From: the human T2T-CHM13v2.0 reference genome, Homo sapiens | Direction: 5' to 3' (one strand) | Assembly: GCF_009914755.1 (NCBI RefSeq) | Contig: NC_060947.1 | Length of the DNA stretch: 64,000 nt | Shown here: positions 13,588 through 25,839 of the stretch, in pieces | Position numbering within the stretch: the stretch's first letter is position 1 | How the letters are laid out: each line of letters starts with the position of its first letter | The notes under the pieces: generated by a model | The model's input: only the letters and a program-made list of their open reading frames with translations | Database searches by the model: none | What the model was told of the DNA's origin: nothing | Program-made: the position numbers and the translations under genes

Positions 13588-14071
13588 TGTGGCTTACACC
13601 AAATAAGACTCCCAATGATTTTTTTCCCCTCCCTGTATATGCAGGCTACTCTTCACATGAAGACTTTGCCCCTCCCTGCCCCTTGAGTCAAAGCCAGCCT
13701 TGTGACTTATATGGATCAATATAATGTGACAGAAGTGATGTTTTGGGGTTTCCAAACGCGGGCCTTGAGAGAACTAGCAGCTTTGCCTTCTTTTGTCTGG
13801 AAGTCAGCTACCATATAAGAAGTATGACTGCTCTGAGATCACCATAGTTTGAGAAACTCAGCCTAGCCATTTGGCGAGGTCACATGGAGGAGCACTGAGG
13901 TGCCATCCATGTGAGTGAAGCCATGCTGGGCTTTCCAGCCTAGCCATTAGCTGAATGTGAATAAATGCAGCCTGAATTCCTGACCCATAAAATCATGATA
14001 AAGCATAGAGCATTGTCTTAAGCCACTAAGTTTTAGGGTAGTTTATTATACAGCAATAGATGACTGAAACA
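13588..14071 (+). mobile_element. MLT1H-like MaLR LTR
   Basis: cagaagtgatg...catgtgagtgaagcca...aagccactaagttttagggtagttt...gcaatagatgactgaaaca. Confidence 0.75.
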
Positions 14072-14714
14072 GTTAAACATATGTCTTTACTGCAGAACAT
14101 TTTGAAGCTTTTAATATACACATAATCTTTAAGTATATCCAAAGCATGAAAGGGTGATTGGCAATTGGGAACCCTCTTCTCTTGTTACAAGTATAAGTGT
14201 ATGTTCTGCAGGTCAGAATATGAGAAACCACTCCAGAGTGTAGTAGATGGAGGCTTGATGCTCCATGGCCAGCAGAACTGCCAAGGAAGGAGTTTCTGGG
14301 TGCTAGGCATACCAATGGAGGTGACCAAAGTCTAGGTTATAGAAAATGTTCTCGCCAGGCAGGTGAAGCAGAGTGTATAGGAAGATTGAAAGATTGGGGC
14401 AAGTGTTATACGGGAGGAAGAGCAAGTAGTCAGCCTCAGGGAGGTCTAGCACAGTGTCATTGCTCATGAGCAGAGCATGGCCTCAGGGATAAGGCACTAC
14501 GAGAAGACATAGCAGGCAATCAGAGGTCTGAGATCAGAGATCTGGAAGCTTGCACACCCTAGTCACTGAGATGGAATTTAAGAACAGGATTCCAGCTGAT
14601 AGGAATCCTGTTCAGAAAGGGGAGACATTGCTGAGAACGAGGCAAGATCCCAGACTTAGAGTCTTAGGGCACCAAGTAGGTTATAAAGGCAGGGTCTTAC
14701 AGTGTTGCCCAGAG

Positions 14715-15505
14715 ATGGCTAAAAAACTTAGTCCCATTGCTGCTGGAAGCCTTCAACTGTCAGCCCTTTTTGGGGATTGTCTCAGCTGAAGATAGCCATT
14801 TCCACTGAAGAGAGCTGTCTTGCGCAAAATAATATCTCCTACCCGAAGATGGTGCAATGCTGAGGTATAAATGTCTGACCCCTCACCCCAACTTGGGACA
14901 ACTCTGAAGGCCTATCCCAGCTCCAGATCTGCCTGTGGGGTTTGAATGAGGCCTTCATCAGGACTGTATGTTAGTCTCCTCAGGCTGCCATAACAAAATA
15001 CCACAGACTAGGTGGCTTAAACAACAGAAATGTGTTTTCTTACAGTTTGAAGTTTAGAAGTCTAAGATTGAGGTAATGGCAGGTTTGGTTTCTGGTGAGG
15101 CCTGTCTTCCTGGCTTGAGTAGCCACTTTGTCATTGTGTGGCCACTCCTCTGTATTCTTGGGGAGAGAGGGAGAGTCTCTGGGGTCTGTTCCTCAACTTA
15201 TAAGGACACCAATCCTGTCAGATTAAGGCCCCACCCTCATGACCTCATTTAACGTTAATTACTTCCTTATAGGTCCTATTTCCAAATACAGCCACATTGA
15301 GACTATGACTTCAACAGATGAATTTTCGGGTAGACAATTCAGTCCACAGCACACTGGACTCCTAGCATTCCCACTCCTCTCTCTGCCCACTCCTGCTTCC
15401 TTGGCAGTTTTTCCACAGGTGTGGATCCTAAGAGCACTCCCTAATAGAATTCCTGCACACAAATCTGTGCTTCAGAGTCTCAGTCCCAGGGAATCCAACC
15501 TGTGC
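14715..15505 (+). mobile_element. LTR16-family ERVL LTR, interrupted by MLT1A
   Basis: ttgggacaactctgaagg...ccagctccag; 3' part acaggtgtggatcctaagagcactccctaata...cagagtctcagtcccagggaatccaacct. Confidence 0.75.
14967..15351 (-). mobile_element. MLT1A-like LTR nested in LTR16
   Basis: ggctgccataacaaaataccacagactaggtggcttaaacaacagaaat...caattcagtccacagca; TSD gactg/cactg. Confidence 0.85.
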
Positions 15506-16269
15506 TGGATTTGAACTGTTCAAACTGAGGTACAGATTGAGGACTGGCTATGGGAAGTACAAGCTTTTCTAGGAAAGAGATCCCAGGCTCACTGTCTCTT
15601 TTATATTTGTCTTTTTATGTTCTGTACCTGACTTAGGGATTGGCAAATGGCAGGTGTTTAATGGTTAGTTGAAAGAACTAACGGATGAATCAATAAACAG
15701 GAACAATGCCTGTTTCCTACACTTGGGATACAAGTCCAGAACTAGCCTGGTTCCCTAGATCAAACCAGATTACTTAACTTCTTGAATGAGGACTTCCTAA
15801 ATACACTGTGAAGCTATAGGATCAGATCCAGAGCCTGGGATGGGGCTGAGTCTGCAGATGGAGGTCAGCTAGATCCATTTTTGAGGACTGTAGCTCTGTG
15901 AAGACACAAAGGTCAGTAGCTCCCACAGAGTGCCTTGTAAGATTAACTTCCAATGCATTAGGATTTTAATATGGCCATTTGTTTAAATTAATGTCTTACA
16001 AAATGTCTGTCCTTGATACTATCCCACTTACACTAACATCTTAGGGTTCAAGGAGGCAGTTAGGCCCTAACACATTGTCAAGTATTTGTTTATTCTGTTG
16101 ATCATTTAAAACAAATATTTATTGGGCATCTATAATACTCAGGCTCTATTCCAGGCACTGGTGATTCAAAATTAGTGTTCAACAAACTCCATAAACTTCT
16201 TTTTATCATGTTTTAAATCTTACTGGGAGTGTAGATGGAAGGAAGCCTCAAGGTCACAGCTGCAAGGTT

Positions 16270-16455
16270 TAATACACAAGCTTTGGGATTAGCATGAGTT
16301 TAAATCTTGGCTCGGCAATAAACCTGGGCAACTGCCTAACTTTTGTGAGCCTCGATTTCCTCATTTGTAAAATGGGAATAGTAACACTAACATTTACTTC
16401 ATGAGATTGTTGTAATGATTATATGAGATAAGCTTAGAAAAGTGTCTGATTTATA
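16270..16455 (+). mobile_element. MIR fragment (L2 fragment just upstream at ~16100-16230)
   Basis: gcctcgatttcctcatttgtaaaatgggaatagtaa core. Confidence 0.75.
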
Positions 16456-16797
16456 CTTTGTGTCCCTTAGTAAATTCATAGAAAAATGGTAACCTCTTTC
16501 CCAACAGATTACCAATTTCCTTATCCCACGCATATAATCCAGTTATGAATGATAAGAGAAGATATGGTTGTGTGAGATGTGTAAAGAAACAACATGTACT
16601 GATAACTCTGGTAGGTTGGAGTATTGTTTCCAACTTTTTATTCACCCTGTAATAGAATGATATGTTCACTGACTTTGCTATATGACTTTGTGGTATCCCC
16701 CATATGAATAAGCAGAGTGTACTTCTCCACCTCATTGCTTTTAGGACTTGGCCATGTGATTTGTTTTGGTCAATGGAATGTTAGCATGTACGGGCAT

Positions 16798-16948
16798 TGT
16801 AGTGGGTTGAATAATATCTCCCCAAAATTCATGTCTTCTTGGAACCTGTGAATGTGACCTTATTTGGAAATAGGATCTTTGCAGATGTAGTCAAGTTAAG
16901 ATGAGGTCATACTAAATTAGGTGGGCCCTAAATCCAGTGACTGGTGAC

Positions 16949-17006
<58 letters not shown>

Positions 17007-17267
17007 TATAAGGCCATGTGATGATGGAGGTAGAGATTGGAGTGATGCAGTTACCAGCCCGGGAATGCCAAGGATTGCTGGGAGTCACCAGACACTATGA
17101 AGAGGTAAGGAAATATTTTTTTCCTCGAGCCTTCAGAGGGAACATGACCCTGCTGATACCTTAGTTTTGGATTTCTAGCCTCCAAAACTGTGAGAGAATA
17201 AATTTCTGTTGTTTTAAGACACCTGGTTCATGGTATCTTGTTATGGCAGCCATAGCAAACTAATACA
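16798..17267 (+). mobile_element. MLT1B/C LTR nested in an older MLT1
   Basis: tgtagtgggttgaata...gtgaccttatttggaaatagg...gcagccatagcaaactaataca. Confidence 0.85.
16951..17004. repeat. Perfect (AC)27 microsatellite
   Basis: 54-bp uninterrupted AC run inside the LTR. Confidence 0.97.
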
Positions 17268-18375
17268 CACAAGTACGGAGAATTTAAATGAGCTTGTGTG
17301 TTTGACTTGGTCTCTTGCATTTCTGGCATTTGCCATGAGAAGAACATGCTCTGGGTACATGCTGGTTCCAGAATGAGGAGACTTGTGGAGTATATGTGAT
17401 TCCAACCCACAGTTATGGGCAAAGTCCAGCAAATCTCAGATGATCTCAGCAGAACCACAGTCAGCCTGCAGGCTGTGAACAAGAAATAAATGCATGTGGC
17501 TATATTGCATTTTGGGCTTGCTTGTTGCACAGGATTAGTGTAGCAATAGCTGAGTAATATAGTGATGGATTGGGAGTGAGAGACGAAGGAGAAGAAGCAG
17601 TCTGTTAGAACTTTAAAAAGTTCCAGATCACCTTATTCATTGTCTTCAGGAATAGATGCAGCCCAAATGTATAGGGGGCAGTGGTGGGAGGGAGTAAGGT
17701 TTCATGCTAGAGAGTATTTTTCTTTTTTTCATGGGAAGATGGGAAGAAAATGAAACCTACTTTGGAGTCACTTATCTATCCAGTTTTCCAGATATCCATT
17801 TGGATGAACAGGCAACAAAATGAAATACAGTGGAAGTAGAAGGGAAAACCAGGGAGGCCCCTAAGCTGTTTCTGTCTTGCCAAAGGAGCCAACAACCCAA
17901 ACAAGAAGAGGTTGTCTTTAGAAATGACATATGGTTAGGTAGGTTTTGAAAAATTAAAAATAGCAAAGGGTTTCTAGTGTTCCTAGCTTATTATGGGATA
18001 AAAATGAGAAGCAATTTGCAAAGATGTGGGCAGTAGCAGAATGAATAGTGGAGGCTGATTAGGTACATTTGCCCAGGGCAACTCATTAAAAAGCACCCGA
18101 GTACAGTACTGAAACCCTTGTAATTTCCACTACCTCCCACCATTACCACTTTATCAGCTTCAGAGAGAAAGTCAGTTTATTATTCAAAAAGCCCACTCCT
18201 GAAATATGTTTGTTCCCAAAGCCCTTTTCTTTCTTGTAGAAACACACTGGAGTCATTCAATTGCTTTTGGATGGGGGTGAATGGCAATACCTCTCCTTAG
18301 CCTTAAGGCAGGAGGTTAAAGATTAACTTTGTGCCTCTATTTCTGTTACTTTTTTTACCTTTGTCTTCCTTCTAG

Positions 18376-18400
18376 TCAACAACATACCATTACAGATGAG
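18376..18400 (+). other. Candidate 25-nt microexon
   Basis: ttaac branch-like motif, ~40-nt pyrimidine tract, ctag|TCAACAACATACCATTACAGATGAG|gtaaga. Confidence 0.4.
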
Positions 18401-21400
18401 GTAAGACACCATGTGCTCATTCTCTGTGTGCATTTAAAATGTGGATTCAGCAAGTTCGCATCTTCTCTTTGTTTTGACAATGGGGAAGGGAAGGCTGCTT
18501 TGATCTTTGAAAATTATGGCTATAAATAATGCCTATTCAAATATTGGCTCAACAGTGATTGCGTTTGAGTTGTTTTTAGAATCTTTCTAAAGCCCTCTTT
18601 TCTCCTTTGGATGTGTTAGATGCTGATCAAATTTGAATTCCCACATCATATTTATGTATCTCAAGTATATTTGACAAACAGATGCTGTACTGTATCTCAG
18701 GTAAATATTTTATGTTTTGGTTTTTTTCTTATCATAAAAGTAATGCATGCTTATCATAAAGTTGCACTGTATACCAAAAAAGTATAAATAAGCAAAAAAC
18801 TGTAAAAAATCCATAAGCTTACCACTCAGAAATACTGATAGAATCTGTATCTATGTCTGTATATTTTCATAAATATATGTATATGCAAATTTTATATATG
18901 CCTATACAGTTTCTTTATAAATTTGGTATCATACTGGTCATACGGTTTTGGAGTTCCTGTTTTTAGCATAAGCTATTATCCCATGTGCTAGATTGTACTC
19001 AATTTGGTGTGTCTGTTGTGTTTGTGGTAAGATTTATTCTTTTTCCGATTTACACTTTGCTTAGGGATATTTTGTAGCCCAGTTCTTTTACTCTGTCTTC
19101 ATAGTGCATGGAAATGGAAATGTGCTCTCCCCTATGCATGAATGAGGATCTTTCATTTGCTACTCTTTCTGGAGAGAATGATAAATCCAGTTCTACAGTT
19201 TCAGATTTAACTCTAAGACTGATTTGTATGTGGCCATAAGTTTAAGTGCTAGGTAGTCAGGCTTCCAAACATGTATTAATCCCATGTCATGTGCAGAACA
19301 CGATGTTAATTGTTTTAGTGTTTCTTGTGGATGTAGAAATACATCAGTCTTCAAGTGACCAGCAGCTCATGAAATAATTGGTGAGGGGAGAATGGGTTCC
19401 GATGGAGTCTGGCACTGACTGGTTCTTGGGGAAGTGAACAGAGTAGACTGGCTAAACTCTAGGGTTCATCCTTGGAACAAGAAATGCAATAATCACAGGC
19501 TCAGAGGCAGAGAAAGTCTTTATAAGTGTAAAGAATGGCAAGGAACTTGGCTTGGCAACAGCAGAGGAGCCATGCAGGGGAGAACAGACTGGAGGCTGAT
19601 TTGTTTGTAGGACCTGGACGCTGAGCAGACAAGCCTGAATTTGACAACACAGATGGGAAGGATCCCGAGTAGGTTTCTCAGCAGGGCAGTGATATAAAGA
19701 TGAGGGCATTCAAAGTAGATGATTTTATTGCCCGTGTGGATCTGTAGCTCTCATTATCTAGTGTGATCATTCTAAGAGTGTGCCTGCTAGGCTTCTGCCC
19801 CGTCAGAGTCTGGCCATCTAAGTTGTGTGCAGCTTGTGCAGCTAGTATCACATCCTGTCCCACTGGGAAGGTCTGAGGTGGGCCAATTCCAGCCCCTCTA
19901 AATAATTAGTTCCCACTGCTGTCTGTGCACAGAACTGAAAGGAGCAATTTATTGGCATTGTGGGTAATGCCCAGACACTGCCAACAGAAAGTATTAAGCT
20001 AACTGATTTGTAGAAGAGGACAAGGGGGATTATTTTTCAACCATAAACCCAACTTGAGAGGGGGTAGTTGTCTACTCTTTAAAATTAGCACTAAGGTTTA
20101 CCTCACAAAATGCACGCTCCTGCCCTCATACATTGCTGGCAGGGATGCAAAATGGTACTTGTGAAGGAGAATTTGGTAATTTCTAACAAGATTGCATATG
20201 CAGTTACCCTTTGAGTTATGAATGCCACTTCTAAGAATCAACCCTAAAGATATAATGGCAAAAAATATAGAACGACACATGTGCAGGGTTATTCACTATA
20301 ACACAGTGTAGCAAAAAATTGGAAACGTCAAATTTTATCAATGAGACAAAAAAAAACTAACACACATCTACACAAAGCAATACTATGCAATTATGAAAAG
20401 GAATGAGGAATAGCACTATACATTGCTGAGGACTGGTTTCCAGCGTATATTATGTGAAAAAGCAAGGTAGGAAAAGCATATATTATAAACTATCATTTAT
20501 TCTAAGAAAGGGGGGTATGAATGTATATATTCATATGTGTATATTACTATATATACCCATATGTGTATATGAATGTACATACAGTATAATATGTTTATTT
20601 GCTTATAGTAAAAAAGGAAGGATAAACTGGAAGCTAAAAATGAAAAGAAAAAAAAAGGTTACCAATAGGGAAGGGGAACAGGAAATAAGAAAACATGGTG
20701 AAGGGAAAGGAATAGAGTTGGCACTTCTCTGAATATACCCTGTTTTGTAGATTTGAATTTGGAAACAATAAACTATATTATATAATTATATTACAAAATT
20801 AAAATTTAAAAAGCAATCTCTAAAAATAAAAAAAAGTAATGTAAAACAGATGAAACAAACTATGTAGTAAGTTTTTGACTTAACCGTACAGAGAGGAACT
20901 GTTCCATATGATTTCAATTAAACACAATAATTTGGCTTTACATTCCTAGAGTGATTATGTGCTAAGGACAGAAAGAACTGTAAAAATGTCTTGGTAATAT
21001 TAGGTTATAATTCTGATGTTGTGTGTGTAGTGTAGGAAAAGGCAAATGAGTATGCTGGTGTTGTTGGGAGCTGGGATTTTTGGCGTGAATAACAGGTGAT
21101 ACAGATATAATACAGATGAGATTAAGTAAAAATCTTATATTCCTGGATTTGAAATGAAAGTGTCATTATAAACTCACATTATAGCTCATCTTTCGTAAGT
21201 AGATTTTCTAGCTTTGAACGCTGAAAAGACCTAAAAGCAGTGACCATCCCAGTAGCAATGCACATCCCTGGTGTCCAGGTTGTGGTCTTTAAGTACCATT
21301 TTCCATTAAAAGGAACCTGGGCTCCTTGGAAAATTAGCTGATATCAGAACTGGGGCAGAAAATGTATAAGATAAGCCTGGAACAACTTAAGAAACTAGGA

Positions 21401-22046
21401 GGCAAGGAAGCTTTCAAAGACTACTGTGGGTTTCTTAAAAGGACACAAGAGCCACTTGAAGGGGGACGATTTGATTATCAATAAGAATAACAATCGCGAT
21501 GGATTGAAACATTTGTATATGCTTAATCTTTCCTTATGCTTATTCTGATTAAAAAAATAAAGGTCACTGGTCACCTCGGATCTTCTTTGTATTAGAGAAC
21601 CAATGGATATCCTGAAAACTGGAATATAAGTGGAAAAAATCTAGCTTTTATCTTTGTTTCCTACATAAAAAGCACATCATTATAATCAATTAATTGATCA
21701 GTGGAAGTTCCTTATTCTTCTTCTTTTACTTTTAGTTCAAAGTACTCATCATGAAAGTTCCCTCTTAAGTATATTAGCTGGTAAATGAAGGAATGATAGA
21801 ATTATAACACTTCTATGTTGCAACCTCTAATAAAATATTGATCTGGACAATGATAGTGGGTGACTGCTAACATCACAGAAAGAGAGAAAACCAGCTTTCT
21901 TGGCCTTTTAATGGATACTCACAGCACTACCTATTAAAGATTACTGGCAAAATAGTGTAACCAAATATGATCAAGGTTTTACTTTTAATAACCAATTTAC
22001 AGGAAATACAGGGACAGAGGAACATGTTAAATAATATCATGAGATA

Positions 22047-22759
22047 TGCTATGGTTTGAACCTTCCCTCCCAAACTCAGGACGTTTGAAATGTATTTGTC
22101 ATTGTGATAGGGCTAAGAGTTGGGACCTTTAAGAGGTGATTAGGTCATGAGGGCTCTGCTCTCATGAATAGATTAATGCCTTTATTGTAGGAGTCAGTTA
22201 GGTATTATGAGAGTAGACTCCTGATGATAGATAAGTACAGCTCCCATTTTCTCCCTGTCTTGTGTGCTTGCTTACCCTTCTGCCATGTTATGATGTAGCA
22301 AGAAGGCCATCACCAGATGTGGCTCTTTGATCTTGGACTTCCCAGGTTCCAGAGCTGTGAGCTAAATACACTTGTCTCTCAGTATCCATGGGGGATTGGT
22401 CTAGGGCCCCATACAGATACCAAAATCAGAGGATGCTCAAATTCTTAATATAACATGGTATAGTATTTGCGTATAACCTACACATATGCTCTCATATACT
22501 TTAAATCTCTAGTTTACTTATAATACCTAAAACAATGTAAAGGTTATGTAAATAGATATTATACTGTATTGTTTTTTATCTGTATTTTTATTGTTGTATT
22601 GTTATTTTATTATTTTTTCCCAATATTTTTGATCAGTGGTTTGTTTGAATCTACAGATGGAGAAACGGTGGATACAGATGGCCAGCTGTAAATCTCTTTT
22701 CTTTCTAAAGTATCTAATCGGTCGTATTCCATTATGGCAGCAGAAAATGGACTAAGACA
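22047..22759 (+). mobile_element. MST (MSTB/C-like) LTR with perfect TSD, interrupted by MER2B
   Basis: tgctatggtttgaa...gaaaatggactaagaca; TSD agata at 22042-22046 and 22760-22764. Confidence 0.88.
22369..22688 (+). mobile_element. MER2/MER2B (TcMar-Tigger) DNA transposon
   Basis: Decayed TIRs cacttgtctctcagtatcc / ggatacagatggccagctg, flanked by TA TSD. Confidence 0.88.
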
Positions 22760-24649
22760 AGATACAATTTCCAAAATCCAGACTGTACAAAACATGGGAC
22801 CATCAACCTAGTTTATCCAACAAAAAATTGCAAGAAAAAAAAGATATGAGTGAACTAAGACTTAAAAAAAGGAAACCAATTGCTACGTACAGATCTTATT
22901 TGGATTCTGATCCAACACATCACAGAAATGCAGATATGAGACACGGAAATTTGAATATTGACTAAATTTTAACAATACTGAAAAATTGTTGTTTTACATG
23001 TGATATTAGTATTATTATTTTTGGCAGTAAATACTGAGATATTTGCAGATTACACGTTAGGAAATTATGGATTTGTTTCAAAATAAGAAAGTAGCACGGG
23101 CTGGGGAGGGTAGTAGGTGGGGAATGTATGAGACAAGATTGGCCATGAGCTACTGGTTGAAACTAGGTGATGTGATGAGTATATGTATTACCATATCATA
23201 ATAATCAGGCCAATTCTCTCAAACAAATGAAGGAGTAAATATGAGAAATAGAATACAGAGGAAAAAAGCAATATCTTTATTTCTTTGAAGTTTACTAATC
23301 TGCTTTAAAGTTCTTGAGTAATATTTAAGTATTCTAAACTTCTATTAGGATTTCAAAAATACAATTTATTTATTTATTTTTGACTCTTTTAAAATCATCA
23401 TTTAGAAACAAGAACTTCCATAGCAAATTTGGATTTTAACTCAGCATTTAGTGATGAATTATACAATTCTAAATATCTGGGCTTGTTAGAAAAGATGACA
23501 TTTTCCATTGTAATGTTTATGTATGAGTTATCTCTCGTACGGGAGTCCACTGCTTATAGTAGCCTAGGCTTTTGATAAGCTATAGTTGCTTCAGGCTGTG
23601 TGCTACATTTCTTGGTAAGTCTTGGTGGGTGTTAGCACAAACACTACTCATTTGTCATCTTTTACTAAGCTAAAACTTTTCTGTGCAGTTGGAACACAAG
23701 TCTTCTCTTTTATCCCTGACCTTCCTGGGACCTTTATCGCTATCAGCAGTCCCTTCCTTGACTGCCTTACTGTCATCTCAAATGGAATCTACCAATATTG
23801 TATTCCTCTTATTTCTTCTGAAGTGGTTCTCTCTTGACATAGCCTAGCATCTGATAACCCTAGACTCAAGAAATATTCTTTGTGTTTGTCTTTCTTTGGC
23901 TATGACTGCAGGTCATCTGGGGAACTGTTTACAGTTTCAGATATCACCAGTCACTACTGAGAAGGAAGAAAAGTAAAACTATCTTTGAACTCTGTAGAGG
24001 TAAAGATTTTCAAACTCTGAAAGACAGGAAGGGAGGGCCTTATTGAAACCTTTACCTTCATTGTCACAAGGGTCTCTACTCTTCTTATTTCAGGGTGGTT
24101 ACTGAATTGTTTTCAACACAGTCCAATTCAGAGTATAAATTTATAGTAGATAGTAAGTATATGACTTCTTTTTATAATTTTATTAAATGGATGTACTCAT
24201 CCAATTACCAAAGCCTACTTGGGAGTTAGATAGTTTTAAATTTAAGGTAATAATTTATGCAATTAATAAATCTGTGTCACCCTTTAAACAGAGATTAATT
24301 GAATTAATTTTGATAACATTATTCTTCATATTTCTCTTCGTATGTGCTAGCACACTAATAATAGATGTTAATAATGCTTTGTATTTGTAAAGAATCACTG
24401 TATTCAAACCATTTACAGTGATGTCTCATCTAATAACATAGGCAAAGTAATTATTTGAAAAATTAGAAAATTTTGATCCAATGAGGCCAGAAGACTTACC
24501 AAGTTAATGATAGAACCCAGAGAGTCAAGGAATGCTCTTTCTACATCCCTTCTTCCCAAGCCACATCCCCAACCAGTGGATGGGCTTGATTCCCACTTCA
24601 CTTTTCGGAGGACCAGCTTTTGGTTTCTTTTTTCTTTTGGCTTGGAAAA

Positions 24650-25431
24650 GAACCCATTTATTATTTCACTGGGCTATAGATTGAATATTTGTATGCCCCC
24701 AAAATTCATGTGTTGAAATCCTAACCTCCATAGTAATAGAAAGTGGGGTCTTTGGGAGGAGATTAGGTTATGAGGGCATAGCTCTCATGAATGGGACTAG
24801 TGCCCCTATAAAAGAGGCTCTGGAGAGATCCCTTGCTCCTTCTGCCATGTGAGGACACAGTGAGAAGACGGCTGTCTTTGAACTGGGAATGAGTCCTCAC
24901 TGGACACAAAATCTGCAGGCACCTTGATCTTGGATATCTCAGCCACCAGAACTGGGAGAAATAAATTTCTGTTTTTCGTGAGCCACCCAACCTATGGTAT
25001 TTTGTTATAGCAGCCAGAACAGACTAAGATACACCATTTTTGTGGTTCAGGAGTCTGAGCATTGCATAGTTGAATCCTCTACTTAGATCTCACAAGATAA
25101 CATCAAGGTGTCAGCCAGAGCTGTAGTCTCATCTGATGCTTAGGAACCTCTTAAAGCTCATTCAGCTTATAGACAGAATTCAGTTCGTTAAGGCTGTAGA
25201 ACTCATGCAAGCTTTTATTTTCTTTGAAGCCAGGAGGAGACTGTGCCTCTGGTACTTCATCCTCTTTTAAGAACTCCCCTAAGTAAGTCAGGCTGACCCA
25301 AAATATTTTCTTTTTCTATTAACTCAAAATCAACTGATTAGTAACCTAATGACAGGAGTGAAATCTCACACTCAGGGAGAGAAAATTATATAGGGCATGT
25401 ACACCAGGAGGTAGAAATCTCAGCCAACTAC
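24650..25431 (-). mobile_element. MLT1E-like LTR, interrupted by MLT1A
   Basis: atcaaggtgtcagccag...agaattcagttc...aactcaaaatcaactgattagtaacctaat...gggcatgtacaccaggagg. Confidence 0.7.
24672..25031 (+). mobile_element. MLT1A0-like LTR nested in MLT1E
   Basis: ccccaaaattcatgtgttgaaatcctaacc...gttatagcagccagaacagactaagata. Confidence 0.85.
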
Positions 25432-25839
25432 AAACTGTATACAAAAACCTTTAAAACATCATTGTGAGAAATTATAAGAACTAAGTAAATGGAGATATAT
25501 ATGTTCATGAGTTGGAAGGCCCAATATTGGCAACGTATTCTTTTGAAATTGATTTATATGTTTAATACAATCCAAATTAAAATCCTGGCAGGCTTTTTTT
25601 GTAGATATTGACAAGCTGATTCTAAAATCCATATGGAAATGTAAAGGACCTAGAACAGCAAAGACAATTTTGAGAAAGGATCAAAGTTACAGGACTAACA
25701 CCACTTAATTTCAAAACCTATAATGAGGGTACAATGATCAAGTCAATGTTGTATTGAAATAAAGATAGACAAATAGATCAATGAAGTAGAACAGAGATTA
25801 AAGAAAAGGACCCACACATATATGAGCAACTGCTTTTTT
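25432..25839 (+). mobile_element. Old L1M ORF2 fragment
   Basis: gacaagctgattctaaaatccatatggaaatgtaaaggacctagaa...gacaaatagatcaatg. Confidence 0.8.

Larger units (their letters stand above)
16670..17561 (+). mobile_element. Old MaLR LTR (MLT1I-like), interrupted by MLT1C
   Basis: ttggccatgtgatttgttttggtcaatggaatg...gccatgagaagaacatgc...gcaatagctgagtaatata. Confidence 0.65.
20105..23190 (+). mobile_element. Old L1 (L1MC-like) 3' region, interrupted by MST
   Basis: ctcatacattgctggcagggatgcaaaatggtac ORF2 end followed by long L1MC-type 3' UTR motifs (gtaccattttccattaaaaggaacc). Confidence 0.7.
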
